A stretch of DNA of 64,000 nt from Amoebidium appalachense (GCA_963693365.1 CAVNZM010000002.1:6585943-6649942); one strand, 5' to 3'; shown: positions 1 to 29,414, counted from the stretch's first letter. Numbers and translations are program-made. The notes: generated by a model not told the origin, from the sequence alone.

Positions 1-6
1 CACACA

Positions 7-151
<145 letters not shown>

Positions 152-170
152 CACACACAGACAGACATAC

Positions 171-14852
<14,682 letters not shown>

Positions 14853-16089
14853 TTTTACAGTGATGAAGCCACTGGCCCACCCAGCAGCCTGGACACAACC
14901 GAGAGATCAGCTGCCAAACACATAAACACGTCTGCAAATTAGATCCTTATTGTTTAACTCTTCAAACCGTAGTAAGACTTATCACCTCACCTCTAGAAAC
15001 TGAACAGACCAGCCGAAGAGCGGCAAGAGTATAGACGCGGATGCTGGAACAATAACAGAAGAAACTTCCCAGAGCTCTACTATTTCCTTGATTTGTTTTG
15101 ACAAAGGCTTACTGGGCACGACCTGATTATAGATCTCTTTTTCAGCTCAAGGAAAGCAGCGCTCCTTTCAAGAGAAAACAGTGAAAGTCACACAACCTGT
15201 TAAAAACCATGATATTTTGCACTCTTGCAACCAATTCCCCCACTTATCTTCCACGCCCCCTCCTTCTGGCCCAGCACACTCACTTTAGTCTAACCGGACA
15301 GCCCCTCGAGTTCCCCTTATTTTCACGGCAACAGGAACAGTCTCGACTTTGCTTATGCCCTTATGTGCCAGTAAAGCTACTTCAGACCGTGCACCAAACC
15401 GATTCGGACTCTTTTTCTGTCTAAACTAAATGTCCTACAAGTGATTTCCTCAACCTTCTTCAAAAGTAACGACACAACACTGAGCTGTGACGAATTTTTA
15501 CTGAGTGCACGGTGCACAGCAGATCTGGTCATCATGATCACAGCCTGCTGAGCATTGAGCAAGCTTTGATATCGACAGATTTGCTTCGCTCTGAGATATC
15601 TTAGGGAAATGCACTTTGCACAAAGGCGGGAATTTTGAAACATGGGGAAAAGGCGAAAAAAATGCACACGTGTTATCATTACCACTTTCAAATGGATTGT
15701 AAAGCTCAAATTCTTAAAGCCTGAATTTCTTGGGCAGTGGCTTCTTCCTTTTTAAAACTCAGGTCACGAGAGAACTTTACCCACAAAACGCTTGGCTCAC
15801 GCCCTCAACTGTTTCTCGCTTTTGATTGGCTTTTGGGTAAATGGATCTCGTTCTCCATTGGATGCTCAAAGTGGTGGCAAAGATAGGCATGTCTGCTAGT
15901 CAACATTGACTGCCCAGGTTGCTGACAAAGTTGAATTTCCTGTACCAGACTATGGGACGGCGATTTCACACAAAAAAACATGCATGTAAGTGTTATGGTT
16001 GCAGCAATGCACATGCCATTGTTTCCGCAACGTTGGTGACTCTGTCTGAGCAACCTCGCTAGCAACGTACGCGAATCGGGGGAGGGCCC

Positions 16090-16230
16090 ATTGTGACTCA
16101 GTGACGTAATCCTGCGTTTTCCGGCCGGCGAGGCTGCGGCGATTCCAGGGTACCCGGGTTGGAAATTGGAATCCGTGTGATGCGGGCACGCCGTTTACAC
16201 GAGTTTGCGCAAACACTTGTGACGTCAGGC
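16090..16230. promoter_or_regulatory. Possible promoter region upstream of the HECT gene (CpG-rich, bZIP-type motifs)
   Basis: TGACTCA (~16094), TGACGTAA (~16102) and TGACGTCA (~16220) in a locally CpG-rich, microsatellite-free stretch ~1.3 kb upstream of the ATG. Confidence 0.3.
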
Positions 16231-17736
16231 GCCCGTTCCATGGGGTTGAAGATCCTTTTTATTGGGTCTGAGGTCTGAGGGCATTGATTGGAGGTCTTTA
16301 GGAATAGGCGGGAATTTGGCATCACCCATGCACAGTTTTCATCACATTGAACCCCAATTTCGTATATTTGTTTTCACTTTTGTTGGTCTACATCGTTGAA
16401 GATCTCTGAGAAATCTTTTTTCTTGTGACTGGATTTATTCGACGGAAAGATATGTAAGTATGCACGGCATACTGAGAAGACAATAAAAACTTCACGAGTT
16501 ATCCAGTAACAAGTGCATACTGAAATACCTGAACACTTTGTGAAAATCATATAAATACTCAATGTGACGACCAACAGCATTCAACAAAAAGTCTAAAGTG
16601 TTCACATTGCCAGCCAGTGTAGCAGACACCCGTAGGGAAGAGGTAAAACGCGACATAAAAACTCACACCTATCAACATGCTTTCGATGAAAAAGTTCAGC
16701 ACAAAAGTGGCACCAGCAGCGGGCCCCCGGCAGTGTCCACGCAATAAAAAGTGCGTAAACCCGCGATGGAAACAAGAATTACAAAATCGGCTTTCTGTAG
16801 TGGTTTAGGGAGCTGTGCGCCGCAAACGTTGTTGAAACTAGCAACTTGTAGCAAGCGCCTAAGCGGGGAAAAGGACTTTTAAAGGAGACGGGAAGCTTAA
16901 GGCTATAACGACCTGTAAAACTGCAGAGCACTTAACAGTAATAGAGGTGGCGCTGAAAGCCCAATATGGGTAAGAAGTGTTCTGTGTTTGGTTCACAGGC
17001 GGTTCACAGGCGGTTACCAGTATGATAAGGTGTCTGTGTTTAGTTTTTCTAACCCACAGGCCGACCCACAACGTTTTGCTTAGTGAGCTTGCGCCTGTGC
17101 CCTCGAGGGCATACAATGTCTCACCAATTGCGCGGGTTATTTGTGCCATGCACTTGGCAGAGTCAGATATCGAGCGGGAATCTACTTTGATAGACAGCAA
17201 GACAAACGAGCTCAAAAGCGGACAAACCTAATCTTAGGGCCGGTGCGGTTCCCAGGCAGAGCATTCCCAATCCCAATACGCCAACCACCGCACAAGTGAA
17301 ACGGCCAAGCCTATAAGAACGTGAGAAGCAAAAGTGAACATTAGAAGATTAGAAGAGGCCCAAAAGGAGCGAAACGGTAAGCAGCTGATACTATATGTGG
17401 GTGCACACACCTGCTCGACAGTATTCGTGCACATTTGCGTGGGGGCTTTTCAGACTGGCAAATAGCTGGGCAAACAGAGACATACATTCAGCTTATTCAG
17501 TTAGGCAACTTCAGTGTTATGTTGGTAGTCAACACACTTTCGACACCCCCTGCCCCGATTCACCAGCGAACTTTTGCATAGAACGTGAGCGCAAACACCA
17601 ACACCCTGCAACAGATAGAAGGACATTCATTTCGTTAGGGGTTCCTGATTTTGAAACGGGGAGAGAGGTAGTAGTAACTTTGGCAGGGGGGAGGGGGGAG
17701 GGGCGGGGGGAGCCCCCACTTTGGACAGGTGCCCGG

Positions 17737-17767
<31 letters not shown>

Positions 17768-19049
17768 CCCCCCCCCCCCCCCCCCGAGAAGGGGGAAGGG
17801 GGGAGGCACCCTACACCTTCGGCTAGCAGGGGGAGGGGGGAGGGGGAGGGGACCCACCACCCACTTGAGCAGGTGGGCCCTCCCCCCCCCCCCCCCCCCC
17901 CCCCCGGGGGAGGGACCTACCCACCTCACAGCTGCAGGCTGCCATAGCTACGGTATTAGTTAACCCGATCTTCTACATATTAGGACTATAGTTTCTCAGC
18001 GGTTTACATACACTTAGTTCTAAAAACGTAAGCATTGAAGGTTGGTACTAGGACTGCTTAACTACATGAAACTCATTTGGGCTACACCCTCTGTTCATTG
18101 ATGCTCGAGGAGCCCCTGCCCCCCTCCCCCCCCCTCCCCCCCCCCCCCTCCCCCCCCCTCCCTCCCTCCCTCCCTCTCTTTTCGGGCCTGGGCGGGATTG
18201 AATCTCGTCTCCAGTCTCCCCACCACGGGCTCCACGCGCGCACACATGCACAAAATTTTACACGTACCTGCACACACATGCATATATGTGTACAACTTGC
18301 GCACACGTGGTGCACAAACCAGCGATGCGCACAAAACATAAACATGCAGATGCACTAATCCACACCAAACACACATACAATCCCCGCCACACAGACACAA
18401 ACGAACATGGCAATACGAGAACGTTTAATAATTCATATTTAAGTAATATTCGACAGTACTAACGAATACAGCCTTTGTGGGTGGAAAAGATGTTTGCCAT
18501 CACGCGCTCGCGCGGAGGGGCCCCGAAGATGGGGGCGGGGGAAGGGGGGGGGCGGGGGGGGGGGGTGGTAACTTGTGTTTGCTGGGGGGCCACATACGTT
18601 TGTTTGGAGGCTGCAGGACTATATTGAATGTGTGCCACCACCAGACATGGTTGCATCTGTTGGAGCCAAGACGTGGTTGCAACACCTTTTGTGCGGTGAC
18701 ATCACACAATCACACACTCTTTGCAGTTTACCTCGTGACAAGTATACATACATAGTCAAAGAGCTGGTGTGCACGTACTGTAAACCAACGGTTGTTAATT
18801 ACTACTTTCACGTCTCCCTTATTCAAATTTGCCTGCATACTATGAACACGGACTGTCCCTGGGGCTATAGAAAACTGCCACTCGAGCTCCTTCGTTTTAT
18901 CTTTTTAAATTTAGCCAGCAATCCAACGGCTCCTCGGTCTTTTTACTTCAACTTCCTGCTGCTCCTATGTACAGCAGCATTTTGATCACCAGGCCCAGGT
19001 CTCCCGGGACCTGACTTACTCATATCCACCCCCTTCCCCCCTCCCTCCC

Positions 19050-19083
<34 letters not shown>

Positions 19084-19495
19084 CGTCTCCGGTGCACCGC
19101 CACCACCACCACCACCACCACCACGTTGACCCGGTACTCTCCCACTTTTTTTGAGTTTTGATAATACGAAAATTTTGACCCAGTGGTAAGTTGTGTGACC
19201 GTCATTAACGTTATTGCCTTCAGACTGTCCTTCTATTACACCTCTTGAGTGGAAATTTTTTTGAACATGATAGCACAGTCGATAAAGACCTCTCTAACTA
19301 CTCACTGTGCGATGGGTAAATGGACACGTGCAATGAGTAAATGGACACGTACACGTACATAATATTATACTCAAACCTCCATTGTTTCCTCCCCCCTCCC
19401 CACCTTCCACCCCCCACCCCTCAGGACACTTATGTTTACGAGCACATGCACGGTGACACACACACACACAGACGTGCATGCACACGCACGATGTC

Positions 19496-19568
<73 letters not shown>

Positions 19569-19596
19569 CCTCTCTCTCTCTCTATCCCTCCCCCCC

Positions 19597-19667
<71 letters not shown>

Positions 19668-19832
19668 ACTCACTCACTCACTCACTCACTCACTCACTCA
19701 CTCACTCACTCACTCACTCACTCACTCACTCACTCACTCACTCACACACGTGCACACAGTGTTACATACATGTACACACACAGGAACACAAATACACACA
19801 CACACACACAAACATGCACAAGTGACACTCCC

Positions 19833-19911
<79 letters not shown>

Positions 19912-19936
19912 CGCGCACACACACCGTGACACACAC

Positions 19937-20021
<85 letters not shown>

Positions 20022-20151
20022 GATGCACACACACACACCGTGATGCACACACACAAGGATACATATACATGACACACGCACACACACGTGTGCACAACAA
20101 CACACATGCACACACACACACACATACCCACACACGCGTGCCCGCGTGCGT

Positions 20152-20189
<38 letters not shown>

Positions 20190-20254
20190 GTGACACACAC
20201 CCCACGTGCAGGCCCTCCAAGCAGCTGGCACCGAACTTCGAGACATACGATACC

Positions 20255-20388
20255 TTTATAAGCCTGTTCGACCTGCCACCGTGCTTTACCTATATAGACC
20301 CGTTCGACCTGCCAACGTGCTTTACCTATATAGACCCGTTCGACCTGCCACCGTGCTATACCTATATAGACCCGTTCGACCTGCCACC
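20255..20388. repeat. 36-bp tandem repeat (~3.5 copies) in the first RNase H-like exon
   Basis: Unit CCTATATAGACCCGTTCGACCTGCCACCGTGCTTTA; frame-preserving (12 codons). Confidence 0.9.
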
Positions 20389-21323
20389 GGAGACGGTCAC
20401 ACTGTCAGAGCAACCGGCGGTCACCGTGGTATATATATACGCATGGTAGCTGCCTGAACAACGGGTCCCGGACAAAACAAGCGGTGGCAGGCTACGGCAT
20501 CTACTGGGGCGAGGACCATCACTTGTGAGTGCAGCCTGGGTGGTGGTGGCTGTGGTTGCAATTTAAATTGTGTGCCTGTGCAAGTGTGTGTTTTTGTTGA
20601 TTGATGTATCTCGCGTGTGTGGTGGGAGAGGAGGTCCCGGGGACCCGGGGGGGGGGGGGGGGGGGGGGGGGAGTGGGGGAGGGGGGGGGGGGGGGGGGGG
20701 GGGGGGTGCGTGTGTGTGCGCGCATCGGAGTGCCTGTGTGTGTGCGTGCCACAATGTGTGTGGGCATGAGTGCGCGTATGCGTGTGTGTCACAGTGTGAC
20801 TGTCTATGAGTTTGTGCACATGTAGACATCTGCACGCGTACACGGTGCCACCGGCACAGATGTGTGCCCAAAGTTGAGAAAGTAATTTGTTGTTTGGGAG
20901 AGGCCAGTTGTTTGGATTGTCTCGTGGCAATGTGGTGGCGGCATACAGTAGTGGATGCTTAGACTCAGAGGTGGGCCGGGCAATTGGGCACGATCTCCCG
21001 ATTGTACGAGCTCGTTTGTGCAATGTTATGCAGGCCGTACTGTATGTGTGCACGTAGCACGTCAAGTTGCACTTCACCCTGCTGTATGCACAAAACACTT
21101 AAACGTGGTGTCGTGGTGCACGCCATATACTATGTCCATATGGTGCTGTGTGCATATTGTAAATATTGCAGGCTGTGTGACACGGTTTTGTCACTGTACA
21201 CATACCCATACTAATCCGTCTGCTGCAGGAATATCAGCGCCCCTCTTGAAGGGAAATCGCAGACGAATAATCGTGCTGAACTGAAGGTGGGTCCTACATG
21301 CCTACTGAAAACCCAGTCCTCCA

Positions 21324-21369
<46 letters not shown>

Positions 21370-21430
21370 CCCCAACCCCAACCCCAACCCCCTTGCCAAA
21401 CGAACTTAGATTTTAATCTCGATTTTTTAT

Positions 21431-21917
21431 TGAATTTGTATCAAAGATATGTATACGTGTAGGTGTCCATGTGCCAGAGCAGGGAGGTTACCGGCAGTTC
21501 TTCGTTTTGCTCGATACTCACGAAGATTGTTGTTATAATAGAATAGTCTATCTGTTTATTCCTGCTCTTCCCAGTCACGTACTTAGCCTGTTCCCGCCTA
21601 TCCCGCCCCCGCGTACTTGGGGACCGCCTGGGGCCGCATACGCCAGGAACCACAACTGTCTTCCTATTGGCTAGTACATAATCCCGAATCGCCCAATCTA
21701 TCCTGACTCCTGAGAGACTATCTGTAATCCTATTGGACGATGTATTCGCGGACTGGCATCCGCTCAGGTATATAAAGCAGCCGGACCATCCTCAGATGGT
21801 ACCGGAGGATCCGAGGTCTCAAACCACTTCCTGCGAACCTCTCTACTCTCGATCCGCTATGTAGATGTGATTGTCTCTTACAGAGGTCACAGGACCGAAT
21901 CCTGCCTCTGCTCCACA
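21431..21917 (+). mobile_element. Putative solo LTR in an intron of the RNase H-like pseudogene
   Basis: TG...CA ends flanked by TTTAT on both sides (possible 5-bp TSD); internal TATATAAAG and ATTGG boxes; non-microsatellite composition unlike the surrounding intron. Confidence 0.4.
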
Positions 21918-22726
21918 TTTATTCTGATAATTGTGATGTTTTGTGTGATCATGCTGAGCACTGATATTAGTAAATGGACAGCGCTGTTTGTGGCATATGT
22001 GGATACTTGTACCGATTGTATCATGTGTGTGTGCGTGTAGAGGATGAAGAGGAGGAAAAAGGTCATGTGGTAGTGTTGGTGATTGTAATACTATTTTTCA
22101 AGAGTTCCGTTTGGCTTTATATCTACTATCATAGTATTTATATATATATATATAGTTCTATTATTATTTTCGCTTTTTCCCGGGGGAAGGGGGGGGGGGG
22201 GGGGGGGGGGGAGGGTAGTAGAGGTATGTATAAAGGTTGAAGACTTAGGGCAGGGAGAACGGGATGTGTAAGGGTTGGGAAGTGGGAGACCCAGGGTACG
22301 GCGTGGTGGGAGCTGACTGGGCTTTTTCAGGCAGTCATCGTGGCCATCCAAACGGCCAATAGCAACGGCATTCGCAAGATTCAGGTCCGCACAAACAGCG
22401 CAGTACACCATTGACTGTAGGTCCCCCAGAGATCACTACTATTAATAAATGTTGACATTGCACTAGACCGTGAATCGATGTCATAGTGAGCCAATAGTAC
22501 TGTTACCATGGAACTATGTTCGGAGCCGCCGGAGACCACTATAAGTATCAGAGCATGTCACGTGGCGTACAAATGTTGTTATAATAGTTGCTGTTTACTA
22601 TTCAATGGAATATGTGCATAGCCGGCTTGTTTATTGATCAAAATGGACTAATGGGGGCTGGGTTAGGTATGTTACACACTGAAGGCTGTGTTTTTGCACA
22701 CCCACCCCCCCCCCCCCCCCCCCCCT

Positions 22727-22843
22727 CGTGGCCCCCCCCTGAGGATGAGCTCTGTTTATTATGCATACTCGTTATGTATGGTTTGCATTCTGCATCGTGT
22801 TATCCGTTGTTCTTGTGTACTTCGTACTTTATGACGCATTCAA
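22727..22843 (+). mobile_element. Dispersed poly-C-associated element, 5'-truncated copy (tail B)
   Basis: CTGAGGATGAGCTCTGTTTATTATGCATAC...GTACTTCGTAC...GCATTCAA, with C-tracts on both sides. Confidence 0.8.
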
Positions 22844-23733
22844 CCCCCCCCTCCCCCCCCCTCCCCCCCTTCCTCCCCCCCCCCCCCCCTTCCCCACGCA
22901 CGTGACACACACACAAACTACAAACACTTACATGCACCATTTTGCTGGACGTCACAGGCGTGAAATTGTACCCTCAGTGGAAACAGCGGAGATGGCAATG
23001 CAGTAGAGGCACACCAGACAACCTCGATCTGCATAAAACCCTCGATGAGCTGATCACCAAGCGGCCGGGTTTGCCAACGGTCGTCGAGATGGTATGTGCC
23101 TCCTACTCCCATCCATCTACCCATCATGCCAGGTTTCTGTTCCTCCCATACATTTACCATAGATGCACACACATACACAGGCATTATCGTAGTTGGAAAA
23201 GCAACCCAAAACCCATGGCACAAACAGGTAGGCTTAATAAATGCCACCATGCGTATGTGCCTTCAGCGCACTGTTGCCAGCTTCACTTAGGCAAGGGTAT
23301 CAACGCATTTCGACCAAGGCCGGCGGTGCAGAAAGCACAAGCGCTATGCATTCAAGCCTTGCAACATTCGTTCATGATCATCCATCCCGATGATTCTCAA
23401 TATGCGCACGTGCACACGGTCGCACAACACATGCACATGTAAGCACCATTCACACCACAATTCCGGTGTAGGTATATGTCCACAAGCATGCAAGCAACGG
23501 CGTTGCACACTATCGGGTATATTCCTGGCCATGGGTGTGAAAGGGATTTTCGTGCAATGCATATGGCCCTGGCCTCACTGCAAATGTGGTATGCGAAGAA
23601 GGGTATACGTACCGGTGCCCTGTGTTCTTTGTGTGTGTTTATAAAGGGGTGGGCATGTGCACCAGTGTCGGTGTCTGTGTGGTTGGTTTGTTTCATGGAT
23701 GTGTGTTTTTGTTGAGGGGGGGGGGGGGGGAAA

Positions 23734-23798
<65 letters not shown>

Positions 23799-24475
23799 AG
23801 GGGTGGAGGGGGGGGGGGGCTGTCACAGCAATAAACGTGACCCCGTGCAGATGCATGAGGTAGCACACGGTTCCGGGGTCAGCGAGGGTACGGGGGCTGC
23901 CGTGAGACTGGCAGAGGCTGCCCCGTGGCTGTCTAATTCCATGCCCTAGTACAACAAAAGCCAAACTTTCACGGCTGTTGGATGTGTGGAGTCACAATGG
24001 GTGGTTGTGAGGAGAGACCGCAGTGATGTTTTGCTGAGGACCGTCAACATAACTTAAGCCGTGATGACGGGTGGAGCGACAGCATGTGACCTCAAGGGAC
24101 TGAGGCGATTGGCGTATGGCGTGTAATAATCCCGATCGTTATCATGTAAATTACTTTCTGTCAACGTCATGCATGCATCTACATAAATATTATCAGTGCA
24201 GCATGTCTCGCTGCAAATCCGTGATTTCATCATGTGCATCTTCTAGTAAGGCTTATCAACATAAGGGCCCCAATTAGGTCCCTTTGTTTAGCAAAAAAAA
24301 GTATTGCCATAAGGCAGGACCATTCAATTCATGGCCGGGCGCCGTCCAACAAGAATATAACTAATCTGTTCATTCGTCTCATCTGTGCATGTATATGACC
24401 TTCAAGTTGGGAAACGTCACCACAGGCACATATTGCGAGTGTTTAAACATTTGGTATGGCTCATGAAAGCCAGGG

Positions 24476-25110
<635 letters not shown>

Positions 25111-25582
25111 GGGTGGGTGGGTGGGTGTATGTGTCGGCCAGTGTGCGTGCGCCGTGCATATGTGAGAGTGCGCATACATGGCCCACACGTGTTTTCTTTT
25201 TGTGTACTGTGGATGGGTGTGTGCGTGTACATGTGTGCGTTACGAGTGTGTGTACATGTGTGTGCGAGTGCGCAGGCGGGTTTATTTCTTTGAAAAGAAT
25301 AAAAGGGAAAAAAATTGGGTATAATATTATGTGTGCTTGTGTGAGCGTATGTGCCACATATGCCGCACGTGTGTGACCGTGTATATATGTGACACGTGTG
25401 TGATGCCTGTTTGTATGGTTGGGTAGGTGGTAATAATGGTGGGGAGGGAGGGGAGGGGAGAGGGTGTGAAGGGTTGGTAACAGGGGATGAGAGCGGCCAA
25501 ATTGGGAGGGGTCGGCAGTTCTTCCCGCCGGCCTCCCCCCTCGCCCCCCCCCCCCCCCCCCCCAAAAAAAGCCCCCCCCCCC

Positions 25583-25624
<42 letters not shown>

Positions 25625-25634
25625 TTATAATATT

Positions 25635-25687
<53 letters not shown>

Positions 25688-25862
25688 GGGGAGGGGGGAG
25701 GGGGGGGGGGGGAGGGGAGGGAGGGGAGGGGGTAAGGGGAGGGGAGGGGGGGGGGGGGGGGGTAAGGTCGACGACGTGGTGCTGGCGAAGGAAGGCGGGA
25801 AGGGGGGGGGAGGGGGGGGGGGGGGGGGGAGGGGGGAGGGGGGACGAGGAAAAAAAGGCAGC

Positions 25863-25900
<38 letters not shown>

Positions 25901-26146
25901 GGGGGGCTCTGGTTGGGCACGTGCAATATGGGGATGCCCATGCACGCATTGATTCTGGGAAACCCACCTAGGTGTACACAATCCCCACCAGCTGTCCCAA
26001 ACGGGACAAATGGAATGGCCAGGCGATGTGTTACTTAGATCGATAATATAAGCAAAATGCTGGAGGTGCCGGGTAACGCAAAGAAGAGTATTGATGTTGG
26101 GGTTGTGACGGTAAACAAGAGGTAATAGTTGGATAAAGGGAGAGCC

Positions 26147-26177
<31 letters not shown>

Positions 26178-26181
26178 GGGT

Positions 26182-26212
<31 letters not shown>

Positions 26213-26618
26213 GCGGGTGGGGGGTGGGGGGAGGGGGGGGGATGGACGATGAAGCATGCTCTTTTCTCAGTGGAGAGGAGAAGAGATGCTCTGACGTGGT
26301 CGTCACTTAATTTTTAGGACGAGTAGATGAAAAATGGTTTTTCTGCGTAGGGTGCCTGAGAGGGGAGAGACGGGGGGGCAGGCCTGAGGCCGGGCGGGAA
26401 GGGGTGGGGGGCGGTGATTCAGAGGGTGCCGGGGGGAGGGGGGGGGGGGGGGAGGGGGGGCGAATAGGGACGGGAGGGAAGAATAGTCTGGGAAGGGGAC
26501 AATCCGGGGTTGCAGAACTATGGCCGACAGTGCACGGTTTTTTCTTTTTCTTTCTTTCTTTCTTTTTTTTATTTTATTCTTTCTTTCTTTCTTTCTTTCT
26601 TTTTTTTGTGGGGCTGCA

Positions 26619-26650
<32 letters not shown>

Positions 26651-26822
26651 GGTGGAAGCAGTACAGAAGACCGTGTGGGAGATTATGGAAGCTTGGCAGC
26701 CTGTATGCGATCAAGATTTATTGTAAAGCTGTGTGTGTGTGGTGTATATGTGTGTGTGTGTGTGTATGTGTGTGTGTGTGTGTGGGTGGGTGTGTGGGTG
26801 TGCGTGTGTGCGCGCGCCCGCA

Positions 26823-26865
<43 letters not shown>

Positions 26866-27051
26866 CCCCACACACTCTTTCTCTGAATCGTGGCGCACAC
26901 ACGCGTGATGTTTCCGAAGTTCTAAGTCCTACATAGCGAGCCCACTCCGCATTTGTGTGTGTATGTGTGTTTAGCGTGTGTGGTGCACACGTATGTATGT
27001 GCGCAACATCTTTCGTGTGCTGAGTGCTACGAGCTACACTCCGTGGCCCAA

Positions 27052-27565
27052 CCACATCAGCGGATTCTATTTGCTACGCTGAGTTAATCCCCAAGAAGTG
27101 ATATCATTCTGCAAAAACCTGAATTATTCTTCCTTAGCAGAATGTTCAGTAAATGAGAGTTTAAGTTCTGCTCTGAGCACTGAATGCTCGGCGCAGCTTT
27201 GAGCAGAATTGTTCTGCTCTGCCGGCGGGATCATCACTGTTTCTGCGGAAGGCACAACAGTATTGTTCTATGGGCTTATTTTGCTCAAGGCAGCGATGAT
27301 GATGGAACTTCATTCTGATCATAATCTGCTCAGTATTAGAAGCATTCTGCCTCTTGCAGTGTATCATTCTGCTCGGAGCAGAGTAATTTGTGCATTAGAC
27401 AGAATAACTTTGCAGTTGCAGAATAATGCTGATTTTGCAGGATGATTCTAGATCTACTTTTGCTGAATGATTCTACCAAAAGCTGAATTTTTGTGCTTTT
27501 TTACTATCTAATTCTGATTTTTGCTGAATAAATCAGCGTGCAGCAAGTTGATTCTGCGGATGTAG
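27052..27565. mobile_element. MITE-like element with ~32-bp imperfect TIRs and many internal CAGAAT/ATTCTG motifs
   Basis: Left end CCACATCAGCGGATTCTATTTGCTACGCTGA; reverse complement of right end CTACATCCGCAGAATCAACTTGCTGCACGCTGA. No convincing ORF and no clear TSD. Confidence 0.65.
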
Positions 27566-27633
27566 CTGCAGCTGAGCCCTCGCTCGTAACCCGTACGCTC
27601 ACGTCATGTACAACTGGCTGCAAAACCGAAGTG

Positions 27634-27673
<40 letters not shown>

Positions 27674-27759
27674 CCCACTCACCAAAGTACTGGAAATGTT
27701 TAAGGAACGTAGAGCACGTATGCAAGAAAACACATGCACATGTACTCTTCACATCTCAG

Positions 27760-27792
<33 letters not shown>

Positions 27793-28290
27793 TTCCTCAT
27801 GTGCCATGAATCGAAATCTCTCTCTCGCCATCACCTCCTCCCACATCTCCCCCTCATTCTCGTGTGCACACATGTGCACGCACCACACATGCTCGCCAAC
27901 AACGCACATACAAGCGCTCGCGCGCGTACGGGCGCGCACACACACACACACACACACACACCCATGCACTCACACCGTGCATAAAACGTACACACAGCCA
28001 CACACACACACACGTGCAAGTGGGTGTCTGTGAAATATTCCGCTGGCATATACCTTCCTTGCCTTTTTTTTTTTTTTTTTTTTTTTGGAGCGGGAAAGAA
28101 AACAAAAAGTGGCCGCAGCTGCGGGGGGGGGGGGGGGGGGGGGGGGGGGGTAGGGTATGCAGAGAGGGGTGGAATAATGGCACCAGAGGCATCAAAATTA
28201 AAACATGGACACATGTGTTCGAGTGTTCTGTTCGAGCCTACACATGGTGTTACCGTTCACTTTTTCATATTGGGTCTATCATTGTTCACA

Positions 28291-28498
28291 GAACTGTTGC
28301 TAACACACAATACATCGTGTATTACAAAACAAATTCGTCATATTTATAGATATCAAGTCACCCAAAAAATGCTTCACAGGCCCTGCCTCAATCGAACTGT
28401 TGCTAACACACAATACATCGTGTATTACAAAACAAATTCGTCATATTTATAGATATCAAGTCACCCAAAAAATGCTTCACAGGCCCTGCCTCAATCGA
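28291..28498. repeat. Exact 103-bp tandem duplication
   Basis: GAACTGTTGCTAACAC...GCCTCAATC occurs at 28291 and 28394. Confidence 0.95.
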
Positions 28499-29094
28499 CA
28501 TGCAGTATACATTGGTTAAGGAGAAAGGGTTCATTTTGAAATTTCACTATGTAATTGATCAAATTTCATATGTAGGATTATCGGCCCCCACTGAGTATCG
28601 GGAGTATGGGGGATTACGATCTGCCGGTATGCACATGCATGGTTCATGGCCGCACTCAATTTGATTGGTGGGGATATAACGGACCAATAGTCTCATATAC
28701 CATATATGGTATATGAGGAATTTTTAGTTTTGAACATTTATTCGTTAAGAACATTATATTTAGACACACAGCGACACTGAGATCAGAGTCACGCCATGCC
28801 ATACATCCCGAAGTTCATTACAGTCGTGCCGACATCATGATGATCACGTTGGCGCACCAGGAAAATTTTACACAAACATATATATCGACGCATTAAGAAC
28901 ATGTTCCTTCTATCCTGCCCAATGATATAATAACAATTCCCCCCAACACTCTAGGTGCCCGATCAACATTTAACGCAATTTAATCAATAGATATCTCGAA
29001 ACAGTAAGGTCCTTTCCACCTTCCCAATGTTCTCCAATCATAACAATAATTCTCCATCCACCCCTCATTCATCCACCCACCCATTACCCATCCC

Positions 29095-29383
29095 TCACAC
29101 ATATGCATTGTTACCCTTCCTGTCACCGCTCTCGCCACACCGCATGCGTATGGTGGGCACAAAGAAGAACCACGAGAAGAACATGAGCACAGTGGTTGCT
29201 ATGGCAATGTTGTAGCCCCACTCACGTGTGCAGTTGCCTAGGCTGAAGCTCCCTGTGTAAACGTGCATGCCTGGTGAGTTCTTTTTTGTTTTTTTTATTC
29301 CCCAAATTTTTTCAACGTGACATTATGGTGATATGTCATAGACGAAGGCGGTCCGGAAAGTGTGATGGGGGAGGGGTGTGTGT

Positions 29384-29414
<31 letters not shown>

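Larger units (their letters stand above)
20212..23949 (+). pseudogene. RNASEH1: RNase H1-like gene, intron-containing, frameshifted, with catalytic Asp residues substituted
   Basis: Exons ~20212-20524 (YIYTHGSCLNNGSRTKQAVAGYGIYWGEDHHL), 21229-21286 (NISAPLEGKSQTNNRAELK), 22331-22416 (AVIVAIQTA..IQVRTNS[+1]QYTID), 22958-23091 (WKQRRW..NLDLHKTLDELI), 23851-23949 (HEVAHGSGVSEGTGAAVRLA). There is a +1 frameshift at ~22400 and probably another at ~20429. The 5' end is not resolved. Confidence 0.85.

Noticed and set aside
16300-17650. Non-repetitive block with 60-140-aa ORFs
   Set aside because: No recognisable domain, with stops in all frames; probably intergenic or old TE sequence.
25940-26702. 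Possible decayed second RGS fragments (IDNISKMLEVPGNAKKSID; EAVQKTVWEIME)
   Set aside because: Short, needs several frameshifts, and no consistent exon chain could be built.
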